Source: an uncultured bacterium (GTDB lineage: Bacteria; Krumholzibacteriota; Krumholzibacteriia; LZORAL124-64-63). From it: DNA of 64,000 nt. The stretch is from positions 160,001-224,000 of the forward strand of contig CAVSGO010000003.1 in the NCBI GenBank assembly GCA_963727525.1, given 5' to 3'. Shown here piece by piece: positions 10,065 to 19,212 of the stretch. The notes below the pieces were generated by a model, which saw only the letters and a list, made by a program, of their open reading frames with translations, made no database searches and had not been told where the DNA came from. Made by a program: the position numbers and the translations under genes. How positions within the stretch are numbered: position 1 is the first letter of the stretch; each line of letters begins with the position of its first letter.

Positions 10065-12276
10065 GCACGAGCTTCGCCGTGGTCGCGCCGATGTCCGCGG
10101 TCACCTGTGCCAGGTAGACGCCGCTGCCGAGCGGCCGCCCGGCGTCGTCCGTCCCATCCCATTGCAGGATCCGCAGCCCCGCGGGCTCGACGGCGTCGAG
10201 CAGGGTCCGCACGTGGGCACCGCGCAGGTCGTGGATCGTGACGCGGGTCTGGCCGGCGCGCGGCAGGTCCAGGGACAGCGTGACGCGGGGATTGAAGGGA
10301 TTGGGAGCCACAGCGAGCGCGAGGGTTCGAATCGGCTGCGGCGCACCGTCGCCGGTCGCCGTGGCGATGTCCGGAAGTTCGGAGAGCGGGCGCGACCAGT
10401 AGCCGTGGCCGCGCGAACCGGCATAGAGGTTCGTGGCGTCGGACGCGAAGCAGTAGACCTCGCCGCCGGCGTAGCCGTCGTCGAATGGTGTCCAGTCCAT
10501 GCCGTCGAGGCTGGTGGAGACGCGGTTGCTGGAATCGGCGGCCACGAGCACGCTGCCCACGATGTGCAGGGCGTTCACGAACGTGGAGGGCAGGCCGACG
10601 CGCTCCCAGAGCGTGCCCGTCCAGCGGTAGATGCCGTCGCCCTGGGTGGCGGCGAGGACCTCGCCGTCGAAGACCGCGAGATCGTTGATGTACAGCGTCA
10701 GGTCGTTCAGCCCATCGCTGATGGGCGTGAAGCTGGCGCCGCCGTCTGTGGAGATGGCGGCACCGAACCCATACTGGCCTGCGAAGATGTCGTTGCCGCG
10801 CGAGGCGAGGGCCGACACGCGCTGGATGCCCGATACCGGCGTCCACTGGACGCCGCCGTCGTCGGAGCGGTAGAGGTCGTCCCAGGTGCCGGCGAAGAGA
10901 ACGCCGTCGTGCTCGTGCATACAGAGCACGATGTCGTTGCTCGCGATGCCGTTCGTGGCGGCGACGAAGCTGACACCATCGTCGTCGGAACGGTACACGC
11001 CGCGCGGGATGCCGTAGAGGCCTGCGAAGATGGAGTTGTGGTAAGGTAGCAACGCCACGGCCGTGGTGGAGGTGGCGATGCCGGTCGACCGGGTCCACGT
11101 GGCGCCCTGATCGGCGGAATACCAGATGGCGCGGCCGGTGCCGGCAGTCGCCTCGACGCCGGCAACCAGGTTGGCGCCCGCCACGAGCATGGCCTCGCTG
11201 CCGATGATACCCGACGCGCCGCTCCAGCTCGCCTGCCACGACGCACCGCCGTTGGACGAGCGGTGCACGGCACCGACCGTGCCCACGAGGATGTCGCCGC
11301 CCACCACGGCGGCGGCCGTGATCCGATCGAGCACCGGCAGCGTGGCGGTGATGTGCTGCCAGGTCTGACCGCCGTCGGTGGATGTGAAAAGGCCCGGCGT
11401 ACCGAAGTTGCCGTCGAGCGCGAGATAGTACGTGCCGCCGTCCGCCAGGAACGCGGTGGCGTCGACCTGCGAGGTCGTGGGCAGGTTCGTGCTGTGCAGC
11501 GTCCAGGTCAGGCCCGCGTCGAGCGACCGGTACACGCCTGAGAACGTGAAGCCGCTGCGGACCGCGGCGTAGATGGTCGTGCCGTCGACCAGGAGGCGGT
11601 CGACACGCGGTGTCGCAGGCAGGCCCGTGGTGATCGGCGCCCACGTGGCGCCGGCATCGGGCGAGCGGTAGAGCCCCGCGTCGGTGCCGGCGAGCACGAC
11701 GTCCACGAGGCTGGCAAGGTCGGAGCACGTCATGGCCGGGCAGCCGGGAATCGGTGCCCAGTGATCGCCGCCGTCGGTGCTGGCCGAAAGCGGTGACGGA
11801 CCGAAGTTGTCGAACCCGATGATGAGGTGGGAGGCGGAAATGTCGACCATGGCCGAGATGCTCGCGCTGGCCGACAGCCCCTGCGTCAACGCCTCCCACG
11901 ACGCGCCCCCGTCGGTGGTGCGGTGCAATCCCGAGAGATACCCACCGGCGAATACGGCCGCCGCGGTGCGCCGGATCACGAGGATGCCGCCGTTGGGCAG
12001 CCGCGTGTTGCTCCAGACCTGTCCGCCGTCGTCGGACACGTAGACATCGCCCGCGTCGGCTTCGTTGGTCCCCAGGAAAACCAGTCCCCCGTCGCTCGCA
12101 AGCACGCTGGACGCGGGCCCGATGGGTCCCGTGACCTGTTGCCACTCCGCGCGTGCGGACGCCACCCACACCGCGGTGAGCAGACCCGCAGCAATTACGA
12201 GGATCAGGTGATGCAGACCCGAATCGAGCAATGGACGACGGGACATGGGTGGCCTCCCGAGGGCAGGGGCGAACAT
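10054..12276 (-). CDS. BNR/Asp-box beta-propeller secreted protein with FlgD-Ig/T9SS-like C-terminal domain
   Basis: Many S.DGG.TW repeats and a signal peptide (ARA-EW). C-terminus APNPFNP...WDGTDDAG...SGVY...AKLVLVR. Start may be 12246. Confidence 0.85.
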   Translation of the reverse strand: MFAPALGRPPMSRRPLLDSGLHHLILVIAAGLLTAVWVASARAEWQQVTGPIGPASSVLASDGGLVFLGTNEADAGDVYVSDDGGQVWSNTRLPNGGILVIRRTAAAVFAGGYLSGLHRTTDGGASWEALTQGLSASASISAMVDISASHLIIGFDNFGPSPLSASTDGGDHWAPIPGCPAMTCSDLASLVDVVLAGTDAGLYRSPDAGATWAPITTGLPATPRVDRLLVDGTTIYAAVRSGFTFSGVYRSLDAGLTWTLHSTNLPTTSQVDATAFLADGGTYYLALDGNFGTPGLFTSTDGGQTWQHITATLPVLDRITAAAVVGGDILVGTVGAVHRSSNGGASWQASWSGASGIIGSEAMLVAGANLVAGVEATAGTGRAIWYSADQGATWTRSTGIATSTTAVALLPYHNSIFAGLYGIPRGVYRSDDDGVSFVAATNGIASNDIVLCMHEHDGVLFAGTWDDLYRSDDGGVQWTPVSGIQRVSALASRGNDIFAGQYGFGAAISTDGGASFTPISDGLNDLTLYINDLAVFDGEVLAATQGDGIYRWTGTLWERVGLPSTFVNALHIVGSVLVAADSSNRVSTSLDGMDWTPFDDGYAGGEVYCFASDATNLYAGSRGHGYWSRPLSELPDIATATGDGAPQPIRTLALAVAPNPFNPRVTLSLDLPRAGQTRVTIHDLRGAHVRTLLDAVEPAGLRILQWDGTDDAGRPLGSGVYLAQVTADIGATTAKLVLVR

Positions 12277-12350
12277 GCGCTTTCGAAATACGAGTGAAAC
12301 AATCTTACCTCGGGTCGGGGCCGGTGTCCAGGGGGTCGGCGTAACAGGGG

Positions 12351-13440
12351 TCAGCGCAAGAGTATGACCTTGGCCACCGTTCGATCATCGCCCGCCGCCG
12401 CCCGGGCGAAGTAGACACCACTCGCGAGCGCTCGCCCCGCGCAGGTCGTGAATCGTCACGCGCACGTGTCCGGCGCGAGGCAGTGCCAGTGACAGAGTGA
12501 CGCGGGGATTGAAGGGGTTGGGTGCGGCGGTGAGCGCGAGCCCGAGCGCGTCGGGAACGCCGCCCTCGATGGAGCCGCCGAGATCCTCGCCGAACGCCGC
12601 GAGCACATCGTGGATCAGCGCCGAGCGCACGCGGTACCCGAGTTCGGTGAGCAATGCGTGCGCACCACCGGACTCGAGCAGGACGCCGTAGCCGGCCAGC
12701 GTCGCCGCCGCCGCGCGACTGCCAGGGCCGTCGCCGATATCGGCGGCGGGCGTGGTCGTCACGAAGAGGTCATGGTCAGACTACCCCTCGGCGAGCGAGA
12801 ACCTCCACTCGGCACCTGTATCGGTACGGTCGCTAGGCATGACCACCGTTTCGCCGGGCGGTGCCGGTGGCCTCGAAGTAGTAATGCACAACGTCACCGG
12901 GAAAGAGCAGGCTGGAGTCGGGCAAATCGAAGGCGTCGCGGCCGGCGACCGACGTCAGGAATCTCGCCACCTCGCCGGTGATGATGGCCTTCACCTGCGT
13001 GACGCCGGCCGGCAGCACCCACACACCGTCGAACAAGGGGTTGGCGCGGATGCGGACGGCCATTCGCGGCGGACAATCGAGCGTGGTGCCGGCACCAGTG
13101 GCGTGGGAAGCGATCGCGAAGATACTCGGGACCGCCAGAGTCGACCAGGCCGAAGCTGCGCCACGGGCCCGCCGACAGGGTGGCGGGATCGTCACTGGAG
13201 TTCGACCGGACGAACCACTCGGAGGAGATCTCCGCCAGGCTCTGGGTGCGAGGGTTGTGCACGAACACGTCGTACTTCAACTCGAGCGCGTCGCAACGCC
13301 CTGGCCACGGGAGAGCCAGCGCCGCCATCGCGCCGACCATGCTCCTGGCGGAGGCGGGCGTGGAGTACACCTTCCTCTGTTCATCGACGAATATCCCCGT
13401 GGAACCGTCCATCCGGAGTCTCGGCTCGATCAGGCTCACG
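12351..13440 (-). pseudogene. Decayed large FlgD-tailed secreted protein (fragments in several frames)
   Basis: Fragments FDLPDSSLLFPGDVVHYYFEAT, LTELGY...LIHDVLAAFG and APNPFNPRVTLSLALPRAGHVRVTIHDLRG, followed by an out-of-frame jump to RALASGVYFAR...AKVILLR*. The 5' boundary is uncertain. Confidence 0.65.
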
Positions 13441-13574
13441 TGCCCGAGCGCGGGTTACGTCATCCTGATGGCAAAGGCCGACGGCGTGGCGTCCGGCGAC
13501 AACACCACGTTCTGGATCGGGTCGAGCACATCCACGATCGGCAAGCCGGGGCTGGATGCACGCCCGCCTCGATA

Positions 13575-14499
13575 TCACCGCACGAGCATCATCCGCTGCG
13601 TCTGTAGGATCTCGCCCGACCGCAGCCGTGCGAAGTAAGCGCCCGACGGCATCGCGCGGCCGGTGTCGTTGGCGCCATCCCAGACGATGTCGTGCGCGCC
13701 GGCGGGAACGATGTCGTCGCGCACGAGCGTACATACGCCACGTCCCGCGCAATCGAAGACCGTCAGCGAAACGGCCATCGGTGCGGCCAGCGTATAGTGC
13801 GATGTCGTGCGCGGGTTGAACGGGTTGGGAGTGCAAGGTCGCAGCGAGACCGGTGCCGGCGCAACGGGCGCGTCGAATACTGGCACGAGGCCTAACAAGG
13901 AGTAAGCGTCGGCCACGCCGCCCGTATCGGCATCGATGTCCACCTCGATGATCATGCCCACGCCACGCAGGTACCACTCGATGCCGGTCACGGCGCCGGG
14001 GGCGGTGTCATACCCGGCGCCAGATTCGACGCCATCACGACGTTGTGGAGGTTGGGAGCATAATCCGGGTCGTAGCTGGCGATGGCGACCATGTCGTCAT
14101 ACACACGCGGACCATAGACGTATCGCAAGGCGTGCAGAAGCAGACGCCGAACTTCGCGCCGACGACCACCTCGACCAGCACGATGCTCTTGTCGAGATCG
14201 TGGACGATGCCAGCCTCGGCCTCGGCGTACACGGTGATCACGCCGCCGTCACGATGGATGACGGTGTAGTTGGCGACGTCCTCGCCGAGCTTGAACGCAG
14301 GATGACCCTCGTACGTGAATTCCTCGAAGACCGAGTTTACCCAGGTGTCGCCGGGGATATCGACATTCTCGTACGTCCAGGTCGCGCCGAGAACGAGCGG
14401 GAAATACCAGCCGAACATGTCGGCGGCGAGGGCCGGCGCGGCCGTGGCGAAACAGAGTACGAGGCAAAACAGGGTGATCCGGGGCGGTGGGCGAAGCAT
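13575..14499 (-). pseudogene. Frameshifted secreted protein with FlgD-Ig/T9SS-like tail
   Basis: SD aaggag, signal peptide (ALA-AD) and YFPLVLGATWTY. Frame changes near 14103 and 13998 lead to EWYLRGVG...PNPFNP...QRMMLVR*. Confidence 0.7.
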
Positions 14500-14510
14500 G
14501 ATGGTCTCCT

Positions 14511-14600
14511 TCATCGCACGAGTACGAACCGCGCCGTCGCCGTGACGTCGCCGGCTTGCAACCGGGCCAGGTAGAGTCCCGCCGCCACGGCGCGGTCATG
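14511..14600 (-). pseudogene. Isolated 3' remnant of another FlgD-tailed gene
   Basis: DRAVAAGLYLARLQAGDVTATARFVLVR*, with no PNPFNP half upstream. Confidence 0.6.
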
Positions 14601-15132
14601 GTCGTCACGCACGATGCCCCGAAATCCGGCTGTCCGGTGGTGGAGGTGGCGGCGGCGTTCAGGAAGCAAGAATCGGTATGGACCGTCGGGACGACGGCAC
14701 GCAGCAGACTTGCGAACAGGCGCGTGGCGCGAATGATCAAACCCCCGAGAATGCGTGATCAGGTGTCGACTGTACACCGAGGCCGCCTCACGTCACAAGC
14801 GGCCCGGCGAATGTCGACGGTTCCATGCGTTGCCTGGATCCGCCTCTAGCCACGACCCGCGCCCGGGAAACCCGAATCTACCGCTCTGAGCTCGGTGCCG
14901 GTGACCGTGATACTAGAGAAATGTCATATATCCATGCCGGCGTCATGGATGCGGGAGACAGCGAGTGGCGAGGTGCCATGAATAGCTGCGAGAAAGCATA
15001 TTCAGGAATACTTCTCGAGCTTGCCGCACCTAATGGTACGTAAACATAGGACGTGCGAGGCGTACCCACCGGGTGTATCGTAATGAACTCAGAGGATGTT
15101 GAACTTCTCGGTGGGAGACGGGGAGAATCGCG

Positions 15133-17052
15133 ATGCGAGAACCAGGCCAAACAGCGACGGGTCGCAAGCTCCTACCACGATTCCTGAGAATAGTTCTGCC
15201 CGGCTACATGCTCATCGGGGTCCTCGTGCTGGTCTTCGTCGCGCTCAAGGCGCAGAGTCAGCGCAAGCTCATCGAGGTCGAGCAGGCTCACGTCGTCCAT
15301 GACCAGCATGAGATCATGCAGACAGTCTGCGAGGGGATCGTCACGGATCTCATGGTGCTCGCCTCCCAGCTCGAGATGAAGGCGATGGTCGACGATTCGT
15401 CCGCGAGCACGGAAGCGTCGCTGGCGAGCGAGTTTCGTACCTTCGCCCAGTACAAGCGCGACTACGACCAGGTGCGCTACATCGCGCGGTCCGGGCGAGA
15501 GGTCTTGCGCGTGTCGCGGGATCTCGGCGCCCCTGTCGTCGTGTCGACACCCGATCTGCAGGACAAGAGTGCGCGGTACTACGTGAAGACCGCTCTTACT
15601 CTCGCGCCTGGGCAGATCTACGTTTCGCCACTTGATCTCAACATTGAACACGGCAAGATTGAACAACCGTCCAAGCCGACGATCCGTCTCGCCACGCCCG
15701 TCTGCGATTCGAGCGGACAAATCCACGGCATTGTCGTGCTGAATTATCTGGCTGCAAACCTACTGGAGCCGCTGCGTCGCGTCAATCGTACGGCCCCCGG
15801 GCCCATCATGCTCCTGGATAACGCAGGCTACTGGCTCTTTGCTGAAAACTCGGATGACACGTTCGGCTTCATGTTCCCCGATCACCGTGATCGTACACTC
15901 GCCCAGCGCGATCCTGGATCGTGGCGACAGATTGCGGCCGCGGAACGGGGCTTGTTCGCGAATGCCCGTGGATTCTTCGCGTTCGCGACCATCCGGCCGA
16001 TCAGGTCGTGGGTCGGTGACGTCGTCACCGATGGCGCGTCGATGGGAGACGTGGTCAGTGCGGCTGACCGCTATGCCTGGAAGCTCGTATCCTACGTGCC
16101 GAGATCCCAGTACCGGCGCGAGGTCCTGGCCGACATCCGGGGTTGGCTGGTGCCGATCCTCCTGGTGCTGGTGCTACTCGCTAGCGTGGCCTGGCGGCTC
16201 GCGCGCTCGATCGAACGACGAAATGCGGCCGAGCAAGAGCTGCGCAACCTGAATGAGGAACTCGAAGCGCGGGTCACCGAGCGGTCGTCGGCACTCGTGG
16301 CGGCCACCGAGGCTCGCCGGCGGGCCGAGTCGGAGCTGCGTCAGTCGGAGAAGATCCGCACGCTTGGTACCGTGGCCGCGCGTATCGCCCACGACTTCAA
16401 CAACGCGCTAGAACCGATCCTGGGTTTCACCGAGCTAGCCCAGATCGGTCTGCCCGCCACCGCCCACGTCCAGCAGTACCTCGCGGCCGTGACCGTCGCC
16501 GTCGGCCGGGCCAGCGACCTGGTGCGCGAGATCCAGCTCTTCAGCAGCCGCGCGGCCCCGTGCCTGGAGAAAACCGCCCTGGCCGACATCGTGCAGGAAG
16601 TCGCGGCACAGACGAGATCGATGGCGCCGTCGGGCGTGACGATCCGCGTCGCCATCGATCCAGCCTGCCCGGCGGTCGACGTCGACCGCGGCCAGATCCA
16701 CCGGGCGCTCACCAACCTCTGCCGCAATGCCGTCCAGGCCTTCGAGCGCCGCGAAGGTGTTGTGACGATCGCACTCGGTACGAGCGGGGAACCACGAAAC
16801 TCCGTGAGACTCGCCGTGGTCGACGACGGGCCGGGCATTGCGCCAGAGATACGCGAGCGGCTGTTCGAGCCGTACGCCACCACGCGTGGCCGGAGCGGCG
16901 GATCAGGCCTCGGGCTCGCCACGGTGCACGGCATCGTGGAGCGCCATGGCGGGTTTATCGAGGTCGTCAGCACGCCTGACGAGGGCACGGCGTTCACGGT
17001 GGTGCTGCCGGTGGACGCCGAAAAGAGCCGGGCCCGGGAGCCGGTCGGGTAG
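15133..17052 (+). CDS. Membrane sensor histidine kinase (Cache-type periplasmic domain, HisKA, HATPase)
   Basis: Two TM segments; YVSPLDLNIEHGKIE...PTIRLATPV; AHDFNN H-box; NLCRNA, DDGPGI and GSGLGLA boxes. Confidence 0.9.
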   Translation: MREPGQTATGRKLLPRFLRIVLPGYMLIGVLVLVFVALKAQSQRKLIEVEQAHVVHDQHEIMQTVCEGIVTDLMVLASQLEMKAMVDDSSASTEASLASEFRTFAQYKRDYDQVRYIARSGREVLRVSRDLGAPVVVSTPDLQDKSARYYVKTALTLAPGQIYVSPLDLNIEHGKIEQPSKPTIRLATPVCDSSGQIHGIVVLNYLAANLLEPLRRVNRTAPGPIMLLDNAGYWLFAENSDDTFGFMFPDHRDRTLAQRDPGSWRQIAAAERGLFANARGFFAFATIRPIRSWVGDVVTDGASMGDVVSAADRYAWKLVSYVPRSQYRREVLADIRGWLVPILLVLVLLASVAWRLARSIERRNAAEQELRNLNEELEARVTERSSALVAATEARRRAESELRQSEKIRTLGTVAARIAHDFNNALEPILGFTELAQIGLPATAHVQQYLAAVTVAVGRASDLVREIQLFSSRAAPCLEKTALADIVQEVAAQTRSMAPSGVTIRVAIDPACPAVDVDRGQIHRALTNLCRNAVQAFERREGVVTIALGTSGEPRNSVRLAVVDDGPGIAPEIRERLFEPYATTRGRSGGSGLGLATVHGIVERHGGFIEVVSTPDEGTAFTVVLPVDAEKSRAREPVG

Positions 17053-17346
17053 GGAACGGCGCCAGCCGTGTCGCATTCTATCATCACGGAATCGTCGGAC
17101 AGATTCTTGAGGTCCTCCTTCTGGGCGCGTCGGCCACGGTGGCTGGCAGGATCGACGAGAGCCGCGGGACGCGCGGACGCACGTGAAAGCACCCACGCGC
17201 GTGGTTGACCTTTCGTTCCGGGTCCGGCGGACCCTACCATACCCGCAGAAGGGCGATATGCCTGGCATCGCGCTGGACTTGCGCCTTTCTTGCCAGGAAG
17301 AGCGGCGGCTGCTGCGACGCCGGCCCGTTTTCCAGGAGAGTCCGCC

Positions 17347-19212
17347 ATGCCCGCACATGCACCGCATTCCACGGATCAAGAGGCACCGCCACTGCGCGAC
17401 TACGCCTTCCTCTCCGACTGCCACTCGTCAGCCCTGGTGTCCCGCGACGGCTCCATCGACTGGTGCTGCATGCCGCGCTTCGACTCGAGGAGCTGTTTCG
17501 GTCGCCTGATCGGCCGGGAGGAGGGAGGCTACTTCCGCATCGCGCCGCGCGGCACGTTCACGGTGGAACGCCGGTACCGCGGCTCCTCGCTCATCCTCGA
17601 GACCACGTTCATCACGGAGACTGGCACGGCGCGGCTCATCGACTTCCTGCCGATGCGTGTGGGGGGGCAACGAGACCCGTACCAGCAGATCGTACGCATC
17701 GTCGAGGGCGTGGCGGGCGAGGTGACTCTCGACGTCGACCTCGCGCCGCGGTTCGACTACGGGGCTATCGTGCCCTGGATCCATGCACGGTCGTCCCGGG
17801 AGTTCGTCGCCTTCGGGGGCGCCGACGGCCTCCTGATCAGCGCTGACGAGCCGCTCTCGCTTTTCGAACGCAAGCGGTTGCACGGCGAGCTGACGTTGGA
17901 GGAGGGCGACCGTCGCCGCTTCTCCATCGTCTACGTGCGACCCGAGGTGCTCGATAGCCGCAAGATCGAGGCGCCCGCGTCCGAGGTGCTCGACGATCGA
18001 CTGGAGGAGACCGAGCACTGGTGGCAGCGCTGGAGCCAGCAGGCCCACGCCGCCGGCTTTGGTCACGAGCAGAGCCTGCGTTCCGCCGTGGTCCTCAAGG
18101 GCCTCACGCACGCGCCCACCGGGGCGATCGCAGCGGCCGCCACCACGTCTCTCCCCGAGTCGCCGGGCGGCAGCCGCAACTGGGACTACCGCTTCACCTG
18201 GGTGCGCGATTCCGTCTTCACCGTGCGCTCGCTGCGCGAGCTGGGGTTCACGCGGGAGGCCGATGGCTTCCGCCGCTTCGTCGAGCGCAGTGCTGCGGGC
18301 AGCGCTCGCGAGATCCAGGTGATGTACGGCGTGGATGGACGCCGCCGGTTGCACGAGCACTCGATCCCCGAGCTGTCGGGCTATCGCGGCGCCACCCCCG
18401 TGCGTGAGGGAAACGCGGCCGCTGTGCAGACGCAGCTCGACGTCTTCGGTGAGGTACTCGACCTCGCCCACGCCTGGCACGAGCAGGGAAATTCCCCGGA
18501 CGACGACTACTGGGAGTTCATCGTCAGCCTCGTGGCGCGTACCATCGAGTTGTGGCGCGACCCCGATCAGGGGCTGTGGGAGATGCGCGGTGAGCCGCGG
18601 CACTTCGTGCACTCGAAAGCGATGTGCTGGGTGGCGCTTGATCGTGGCATCCGCCTGGCCGAGGACCTGGGCCGCGAGGTCGACGCGCTCGACCGCTGGC
18701 GCGAGGAACGCGATGCCATCCGCCACGCCGTGGAGACCGAGGGCTACGAGGAGAAGCGCGGGATCTTCACGCAATCGTATGGCTCGCCGGAACTCGACGC
18801 CGCACTGCTCCTGCTGCCCGTCTTCGGCTTCGTGCCGTTCGACGATCCGCGCATGATCCGCACCGTCGATGCCGTCCGCGACGAGTTATGCGAGCATGGC
18901 CTGGTGCGCCGCTATGGCGCGGACAACGACCATCTCGACGGCTGCGAGGGCACCTTCATCGCCTGCACTTTCTGGCTCGCCGAGTGTCTGGCTCGCCAGG
19001 GCCGCGTCGCCGAGGCGCGCACGGTCTACGGCCACGCTTGCGACACGGGCAACGACCTCGGACTGTTCAGCGAGGAATACGAGCCCGCCACCCGGACCAT
19101 GCTCGGCAACTTCCCCCAGGGCCTCACCCACCTCTCGCAGATCGCGGCGGCGGTGGCGATCAGCGGCGCGACGTCAGGAACGCCACCAGAGCGTCGGTCT
19201 CGTCCGGCTTGA
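17347..19212 (+). CDS. Glycoside hydrolase family 15 (trehalase/glucoamylase-like)
   Basis: TTSLPE..GG.RNWDYRFTWVRD, PDQGLWEMRG, GLFSEE...GNFPQGLTH. Confidence 0.92.
   Translation: MPAHAPHSTDQEAPPLRDYAFLSDCHSSALVSRDGSIDWCCMPRFDSRSCFGRLIGREEGGYFRIAPRGTFTVERRYRGSSLILETTFITETGTARLIDFLPMRVGGQRDPYQQIVRIVEGVAGEVTLDVDLAPRFDYGAIVPWIHARSSREFVAFGGADGLLISADEPLSLFERKRLHGELTLEEGDRRRFSIVYVRPEVLDSRKIEAPASEVLDDRLEETEHWWQRWSQQAHAAGFGHEQSLRSAVVLKGLTHAPTGAIAAAATTSLPESPGGSRNWDYRFTWVRDSVFTVRSLRELGFTREADGFRRFVERSAAGSAREIQVMYGVDGRRRLHEHSIPELSGYRGATPVREGNAAAVQTQLDVFGEVLDLAHAWHEQGNSPDDDYWEFIVSLVARTIELWRDPDQGLWEMRGEPRHFVHSKAMCWVALDRGIRLAEDLGREVDALDRWREERDAIRHAVETEGYEEKRGIFTQSYGSPELDAALLLLPVFGFVPFDDPRMIRTVDAVRDELCEHGLVRRYGADNDHLDGCEGTFIACTFWLAECLARQGRVAEARTVYGHACDTGNDLGLFSEEYEPATRTMLGNFPQGLTHLSQIAAAVAISGATSGTPPERRSRPA

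Noticed and set aside
10037-12169. Long alternative-frame and antisense ORFs (also 30647-32998, 50131-52344, 36771-38633 and others)
   Set aside because: Arg/Ala/Gly-rich shadow ORFs expected at high GC; they overlap well-supported genes.
13180-13638. Plus-strand 152-aa ORF as a real gene
   Set aside because: Part of it looks protein-like (LTCPSAGYVILMA), but it has no SD and overlaps minus-strand relics; unresolved.
633-14600. Integron cassette array
   Set aside because: No integrase, no recognisable attC RYYYAAC/GTTRRRY structures, and gene orientation is mixed.
14780-15130. Small ORFs or ncRNA in the lower-GC spacer before the kinase
   Set aside because: No motif, SD or convincing structure.
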